Source: Candidatus Latescibacterota bacterium
GTDB lineage: Bacteria > Latescibacterota > UBA2968
Length of the DNA stretch: 64,000 nucleotides
Direction: 5' to 3'
Assembly: GCA_965222605.1 (NCBI GenBank)
Contig: OZ244960.1
Location: 2,272,001-2,336,000 of the forward strand
Shown here: positions 58,823-64,000 of the stretch, one piece after another
How the letters are laid out: each line of letters begins with the position of its first letter
Numbering within the stretch: the first letter of the stretch is position 1
The notes under the pieces: generated by a model
What the model was told of the DNA's origin: nothing
The model's input: only the letters and a program-made list of their open reading frames with translations
Databases searched by the model: none
Made by a program: the position numbers and the translations under genes

Positions 58823-60883
58823 TTATTGAGCGTTCATTAGCCTGGAGAGCAATTTATCTGCTTCAGCCTTTTCTATGCGTTTTCCATTGACTTCAGAGAC
58901 CAGTTTGATTGCAGTCCAGGCAGGAGCGTAGCCCCCTCTCAATTCTACGGATTTGCGAAAACTTTCAAGGGACTCACTGACTTCTCCAATAGAAAATTGA
59001 ACAATCCCAAGCCAATAGTAAATCATATAATTCTTGGCCCCACCATTTGGAAACAGCGTTATTGCTTTGTTGAGGTATTCACGCGCACTTTTTTTATCTC
59101 CATCAGAGAAATAACTCAAAGCAAGCACCAAATGTGCTGTTTGATATTTGCCATCTGCCAAGTTGATGGCCTTCTGAGACAGTTCTTTTGCTTTCTTGTA
59201 TTTGTACTTTCTATCTGCTATACGTGCCAGACTCATCCATCCAACAGGATCATCTCCACGCTGTTGAATCGCCTGTTGAATCACCTGTTCAGCTTTAGTC
59301 AGTTTCCCCATTCTGATATACACATCTGCCAACAATATTTTGAGAAAATAGGGTGTGTCGAGTTTCAAAAATCGATCAAAGTAATTTGACGCCGCAACGA
59401 ACTGTTCCGACTTAAAACGGCCATATCCCGCCAATAAGAGTGACAACGGATTTGCCCTATTATTTGGAACCAGAGATATGTCTTGTTCTCGTTGTTTGGG
59501 GAGCACGAGAAAGATACCGTTTCTTCCTCGCTTCCAATATTCTTGAAAGTCGGCCAGAGGGAGTTTGTGCAATTTATGGATCGATGGGTCATTGACAATA
59601 ATGACATCGCGCTGATAATCAATCCCAACAACGATTACAGTATGACTCAGGTCTGGGTCTTGATCGGCTATCAAAGCAACAGGTGGACATCCTGACTTGA
59701 GAGATTCTTCTATTTGCTCTAAATCCCAATTCAGATAGTGAATAGACAGTTCGGGAAATGCCTCTGATAGTGCGTAAAGTGCTGACAGATTATCCTCAAG
59801 CCGGTCTTCCAGCGTCAACCAATCTTCGGCCTGATTTTCAGCACCGTCCCAATATCTCATCACAGATAAAACTGAGGCTTTAAGGCAAGTGACTCCTCGC
59901 CCTTGAGCGTAAAATGGCACTTGAGAAACAAATAGACGTTCACCGCGCTTGTCCTGATTCAGATTCTCAAGGGCGTGAGTTGCATAATCAATATCTGTAT
60001 TAGTTGTGGCGTTTTTCTTCAGCATATTAAAATAAAATTTAGAACTATCAACTTGACCTATTTCATAAAAAGTTTCAGCTATCATAAGAAGTGTATCTTT
60101 ATCAGGATGTTGCCTTTTGTTTCCGAGTTGGTCAATGTAAATGCTTTGTTTTAAGTAGGGGAGCGCGTTTTCAAACTGTTCTAAAAAAAAGATCGTCTCT
60201 CCTTTTCTTCGAACGGCCTGACGATTTTCTTCAACCTGATTTAGGATCGCAAGTGCTTGCTCAAAAAATCCCGCTTTTAAGTTTAACTCTGCAAGCACGA
60301 TGCGATTTTGGATATCTTCAGGCCTATTCTTCAATGCGTTCTCTAATAGCTCAATCGCTTTTCGATATAATTTTAGTCCATTATAAGTTGCTACAAGATT
60401 TATTTTTATTTGTGCATTATCCGGATCAATTTCCAATCCTCTTTCTCCAATTTCCCGTGCCAGTGCCCACCTCTGTTGTTTTGCGTATATTCCCGAAAGA
60501 TTGCGATAAACACCTGGCATGTGCAAGCCCAGGTCTATAGCTCGTTCAAGTCCTTTTGCTGCTGCTTCGTAATTATTCTGAAAAAAAGCAACGGTGCCTA
60601 AGCCGTAATACGCTTCTGCAAACAAACTGTCACAAGAAATAGCTGTTGCAAAATGTCTTTGAGCTAAATCCAATTGTCTTAAAATGCCAAAACTTTTCCC
60701 AATCAGAGTATGGGCCTGAGCAGAACAAGAGTCTGCTTTGAGAACCTCTTCTGCTGCCTGGATACAGCTTTGATAATCTTTGTTCGCATAAAAAGTCTCT
60801 GCCTGGCGCAACAACTCACTACCATCAGAAAATCCAGGGAATAAAAAAATTAAAATCAACAGGCATTTTGATAGGCCGTTCAT
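58823..60883 (-). CDS. TPR protein with central C39-like cysteine peptidase domain
   Basis: TPR arrays on both sides of VPFYAQ...TC (Cys), SHTVIVVG (His), NDPS (Asp); signal peptide. Confidence 0.8.
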   Translation of the reverse strand: MNGLSKCLLILIFLFPGFSDGSELLRQAETFYANKDYQSCIQAAEEVLKADSCSAQAHTLIGKSFGILRQLDLAQRHFATAISCDSLFAEAYYGLGTVAFFQNNYEAAAKGLERAIDLGLHMPGVYRNLSGIYAKQQRWALAREIGERGLEIDPDNAQIKINLVATYNGLKLYRKAIELLENALKNRPEDIQNRIVLAELNLKAGFFEQALAILNQVEENRQAVRRKGETIFFLEQFENALPYLKQSIYIDQLGNKRQHPDKDTLLMIAETFYEIGQVDSSKFYFNMLKKNATTNTDIDYATHALENLNQDKRGERLFVSQVPFYAQGRGVTCLKASVLSVMRYWDGAENQAEDWLTLEDRLEDNLSALYALSEAFPELSIHYLNWDLEQIEESLKSGCPPVALIADQDPDLSHTVIVVGIDYQRDVIIVNDPSIHKLHKLPLADFQEYWKRGRNGIFLVLPKQREQDISLVPNNRANPLSLLLAGYGRFKSEQFVAASNYFDRFLKLDTPYFLKILLADVYIRMGKLTKAEQVIQQAIQQRGDDPVGWMSLARIADRKYKYKKAKELSQKAINLADGKYQTAHLVLALSYFSDGDKKSAREYLNKAITLFPNGGAKNYMIYYWLGIVQFSIGEVSESLESFRKSVELRGGYAPAWTAIKLVSEVNGKRIEKAEADKLLSRLMNAQ

Positions 60884-61227
60884 TTCAATGACCTCGGTCT
60901 ATATGGTATACTCAGATAATCCATTATTAAAGATAAATCAGCGTGTAGGAATTATAGTCACGGAATGAACTACCAGGGAATTTCGATTTCGATTCCAGCA
61001 GATACTTGTATTCTATCTCTGGCACTTGTTTCCGGCGGCATTGATGGACCTACCTGCGTAGGATTTTCTAGCAATTCTATTTCAACGTAGAATGGACCAA
61101 AGTTTCCTTGTGCCTAGGAGTGAATAAGCCATATACTGCCAATATGGTCTGAGCATTTTCAATATTCTAAGAAATTGCAACATGTGCTATGTCCATATTC
61201 TCTAAATTGATCTTAATGCTTAAATTG

Positions 61228-61893
61228 TTACTGAGAGGCTATCCAAAATCTACATCCCGCAATAAAGTCCAATGTGCCTGTTATCTTTTCGGAAACATCT
61301 TCTCGTATTCCTCTAAAATGCACAGGTTGAAAACGGATTTCAGTAAAAAAATAGACCTCTTTGTCTTTAATCAAAGCGAATGTACTACCTATCCCAAACA
61401 CTCCGCCAAAATGTAGCTTTGGAAACGCGTCCTGATCATCTTCAGGACAAAAATGGAAGATGCCCAGTCCCACGTTTAGATACGGTCCAAATGGCGCATT
61501 CTTTTCATAAAAGTTACACCTCAATTCAACGAGAAATGAATTTAACCAACCGCCAGAATCAAAATTGCGATATTCTTGTGTATTCTGTACCTCTCTTTGA
61601 GACATGCGAAAAAAAGAGCTGTGCAAAGACAACTCAAATGGTTCGTACCCAACAAACAACTCACTGTTTACCGCGGGTCCCATCTGAGTTCTAACGAGAT
61701 TGAAAGAGGTGTGCCCGTGCTTTAGACCTTTGGCATTCCAACCTTCGACATCCCATTCGGCGTGGTTTATCACTGGAAATGAAGGACCAAACCCAAGCCC
61801 AAATCCAGCATAGATTTCTTGACAATCATTCCTGGAGGGCCAAAAGGACAATATCAAGATTATTATAAGACGGTATTTCATACTCATCATCAC
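61228..61893 (-). CDS. Outer-membrane beta-barrel-like hypothetical protein
   Basis: Signal peptide; PYLNVGLG, FGGVFGIG, FFTEIRF, AGCRFW strands; exact start uncertain. Confidence 0.6.
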   Translation of the reverse strand: MMMSMKYRLIIILILSFWPSRNDCQEIYAGFGLGFGPSFPVINHAEWDVEGWNAKGLKHGHTSFNLVRTQMGPAVNSELFVGYEPFELSLHSSFFRMSQREVQNTQEYRNFDSGGWLNSFLVELRCNFYEKNAPFGPYLNVGLGIFHFCPEDDQDAFPKLHFGGVFGIGSTFALIKDKEVYFFTEIRFQPVHFRGIREDVSEKITGTLDFIAGCRFWIASQ

Positions 61894-62034
61894 CTAATTT
61901 TTGAGATGAAAATCTGGGAAACTCAATTTATCCATCTTTTGAAGAAATTTTTTCCATATCAAATCATGTATGTGACCTCGTTCTATAACAATTTTTCCCT
62001 CGACTGTCATCCCATAAGCTAAAGAGTATTTGCT

Positions 62035-63090
62035 TCAAAGAGCCTTCAAAACATTCTTCAGAATACACGCCTCCCTTTGAGAAAGATCATCCATCACCGT
62101 GATGATCTTATTGATACGCCCCACATCCCACACTCTCTTGACCTTCAATAACGCTCGTAACTTAAGCATCATCAGATGAATCTGATGCGCCTTCTGTTCA
62201 ACCTCCTTGTACGCCTGATGAAACTGGTCTGACGGACGCAAATACCCGTGCTCCTCCAGATAAGAAAGCCTGTTTAACATACAACACTTGTGCTCCCACA
62301 GCGTGAACAGATGCCGCCGATCCCACAACCGAGGATGGACAAACAAATGAGTAAAGTAATCCCTCAAGAGCTTATACGTCGCCATCCCAAAGACGCCTTC
62401 AACTGGCTTACGCAACATCCGGTAGTGGACAGACGGATTCTCAGAATGGACATAGGCTTGCAACTGGTCAATAACAGCGTCAATGTCAAATTCATAGACA
62501 CCGTCCTCGTTATACTCAAAAAGCTCCACCCGGTACGATCTGCGTTTCTCGGGATCAATCCAGCGAAATGCCTCTTCAAAATCTGAATACGCAACCCTTG
62601 AAACAGCGTAATTTCGTGCCCGATCAAATCCCAGAGTCTCAAGCGTTTCTGTATGATCATCGTATCCGAATACCAGAATAGCATGTGGATTATGTATTTT
62701 CTCATAAAATGGCGTATGCGGCAGGAAATACTCATCGGCGATCAACTGGACATAGAAGCCCTCATCAATTTGATCGCGAATAAACGGCACAATCTGGTGA
62801 TATACTTTAGCGATTGATCGCCTCGGAACGGTGTAGATAGACAGCCACGGTGGGGAGTATGCGCCCTGAAAATAGAAGTTGAATCGGATGTTATGTTTGC
62901 TCTCCTTTAACAGGTCAACGGCGAACAGTTGTATGTAATTGCAGAAGAACCAGGGAATATACGCATCGTGAAGTGACATAATCGAAAGCCGATAGGCATG
63001 GCGGGGATAGCCGTGTATGGGGGGGGATGGTTGGATGGGAAGCGATCTTTTCATACTACGCATCTCGTATGGGGCTGTCGCATTTTTCAA
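62035..63090 (-). CDS. BtrH-N-like (papain-like fold) protein of biosynthetic clusters
   Basis: WFFCNYIQL, DEYFLP...HNPHAILVFGYD, LWEHKCCMLNRL pattern; adjacent to the ACP. Confidence 0.55.
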   Translation of the reverse strand: MKNATAPYEMRSMKRSLPIQPSPPIHGYPRHAYRLSIMSLHDAYIPWFFCNYIQLFAVDLLKESKHNIRFNFYFQGAYSPPWLSIYTVPRRSIAKVYHQIVPFIRDQIDEGFYVQLIADEYFLPHTPFYEKIHNPHAILVFGYDDHTETLETLGFDRARNYAVSRVAYSDFEEAFRWIDPEKRRSYRVELFEYNEDGVYEFDIDAVIDQLQAYVHSENPSVHYRMLRKPVEGVFGMATYKLLRDYFTHLFVHPRLWDRRHLFTLWEHKCCMLNRLSYLEEHGYLRPSDQFHQAYKEVEQKAHQIHLMMLKLRALLKVKRVWDVGRINKIITVMDDLSQREACILKNVLKAL

Positions 63091-63094
63091 ATTT

Positions 63095-63364
63095 TCAGGT
63101 AGTCAAAACGCACTCACGCACAGACCGGATATAGTCTTCAATCGTCTGCACACTTTTAAAAACTTCGGCACTCAGGTCTTCATCAGAGATTTCAAAGCCA
63201 AATTCATCTTCTATGCCTACAACGAGTTCTACCATTGCCATTGAGTTGAGACCCATTTCTCCACCAAAAAGTATGTCTGAATCTCCTATTTCTTCAGGCT
63301 CAATTTCAAGATTTAATGCACGCACAATTGTCTGTTTTATCTGTCTTTTTAGATCATTATCCAT
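63095..63364 (-). CDS. Acyl carrier protein
   Basis: 89 aa acidic protein; MGLNSMAMVELVVGIEDEFG phosphopantetheine-site pattern; GGAGG RBS. Confidence 0.88.
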   Translation of the reverse strand: MDNDLKRQIKQTIVRALNLEIEPEEIGDSDILFGGEMGLNSMAMVELVVGIEDEFGFEISDEDLSAEVFKSVQTIEDYIRSVRECVLTT

Positions 63365-64000
63365 ACACCCCTCCTGATTGCTCATCTGCAAAGTACCTGA
63401 TGATGACGTCAACCATCCTCTGCTGTCCCTCCTCTGAGACAATTTCTACGGCTGGAATCTCAAATTTATCCTCCAAATAGGCCAATTTTTCTTTAATTTC
63501 TTCTTTTGACATTTGACGCGGACTAATCAGTGTTCGACCATAAGCTGCTCGAATGTGTTTTTCTTTATCACTCATTGCCAGACATAACACGGAGCCTTTG
63601 GTAATTGCCTTGAGCGTGTTCATAGTATCGCGTATATACTCGCCGTCATCAACGCTGTTCACGACCAATATGTTGGCATCGGGTTTTGTACCCAGCATAA
63701 AAGCAAGCGTTGAAAGCGTATGATTTCCCGGCTCATGGATATCATAAGGGATACTCCCCGACTGTGCGCCGACAAGCATTAAATCTGGTTTCTTATTGGC
63801 ACAGACCTCGCGCATTTTGAAATCCAGATAGGGCGCATGAAACTGTATCGGAAATTGCAGTGGAGAGGCGTATCCCGTTGGAAATGCCACATCCATTCCA
63901 AATAACTGAGAATGGTGTTCGGTACCGATTTGCCCAACCTTGTATCCCTCTTTTGTCAGCTTTGACCTCAAAGCGAGTTGAACAGTAAACTTACCTTGTT
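63357..64000 (-). CDS. DUF1611-like P-loop protein (5'-truncated by the window edge)
   Basis: Frame open to the edge: QGKFTVQLALRSKLTKEGYKVGQIGTE...DLMLVGAQSG...GTKPDANILVVN. Confidence 0.65.
   Translation of the reverse strand, partial: QGKFTVQLALRSKLTKEGYKVGQIGTEHHSQLFGMDVAFPTGYASPLQFPIQFHAPYLDFKMREVCANKKPDLMLVGAQSGSIPYDIHEPGNHTLSTLAFMLGTKPDANILVVNSVDDGEYIRDTMNTLKAITKGSVLCLAMSDKEKHIRAAYGRTLISPRQMSKEEIKEKLAYLEDKFEIPAVEIVSEEGQQRMVDVIIRYFADEQSGGVYG

Overview
Bacterial chromosomal window with mosaic base composition. The gene content (TonB-dependent receptor with an N-terminal carboxypeptidase-like domain, DUF6785-type membrane proteins, sulfatases, PhyH dioxygenase, FlgD-Ig/T9SS-like C-terminal domains, eukaryote-like LRR proteins) suggests a Latescibacterota/Poribacteria-like, possibly sponge-associated organism; this is inference only. 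1-16.7 kb is a minus-strand uptake/catabolic locus interrupted by a small toxin-antitoxin cassette bounded by a 34-bp duplication. 16.9-33.1 kb is a plus-strand metabolic run (Gfo/Idh/MocA, cupin, sulfatase, mmsA, HEPN-MNT, proA, M16 peptidase, PurO-like, LLM, two HADs, ceramidase-like, LarA-like) ending in a DUF1223 gene with an in-frame TGA at the redox Cys (candidate selenoprotein). pckA follows. 34.8-48.5 kb is an accessory region punctuated by three copies of a direct repeat; it holds a nuclease pseudogene, modular surface proteins (one split by an IS1380 element) and a TnpB-only IS200/IS605 element whose TAM can be deduced (TCAC). 48.6-57.4 kb is a catabolic operon plus chrA and DUF58. 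57.5-64 kb is an AT-richer block (plant-type LRR, TPR-C39 peptidase, beta-barrel, BtrH-like, ACP, DUF1611-like) that looks like the end of a carrier-protein-dependent biosynthetic cluster. No rRNA, tRNA or CRISPR array was seen. All family assignments are from motif recognition by eye, not database searches.
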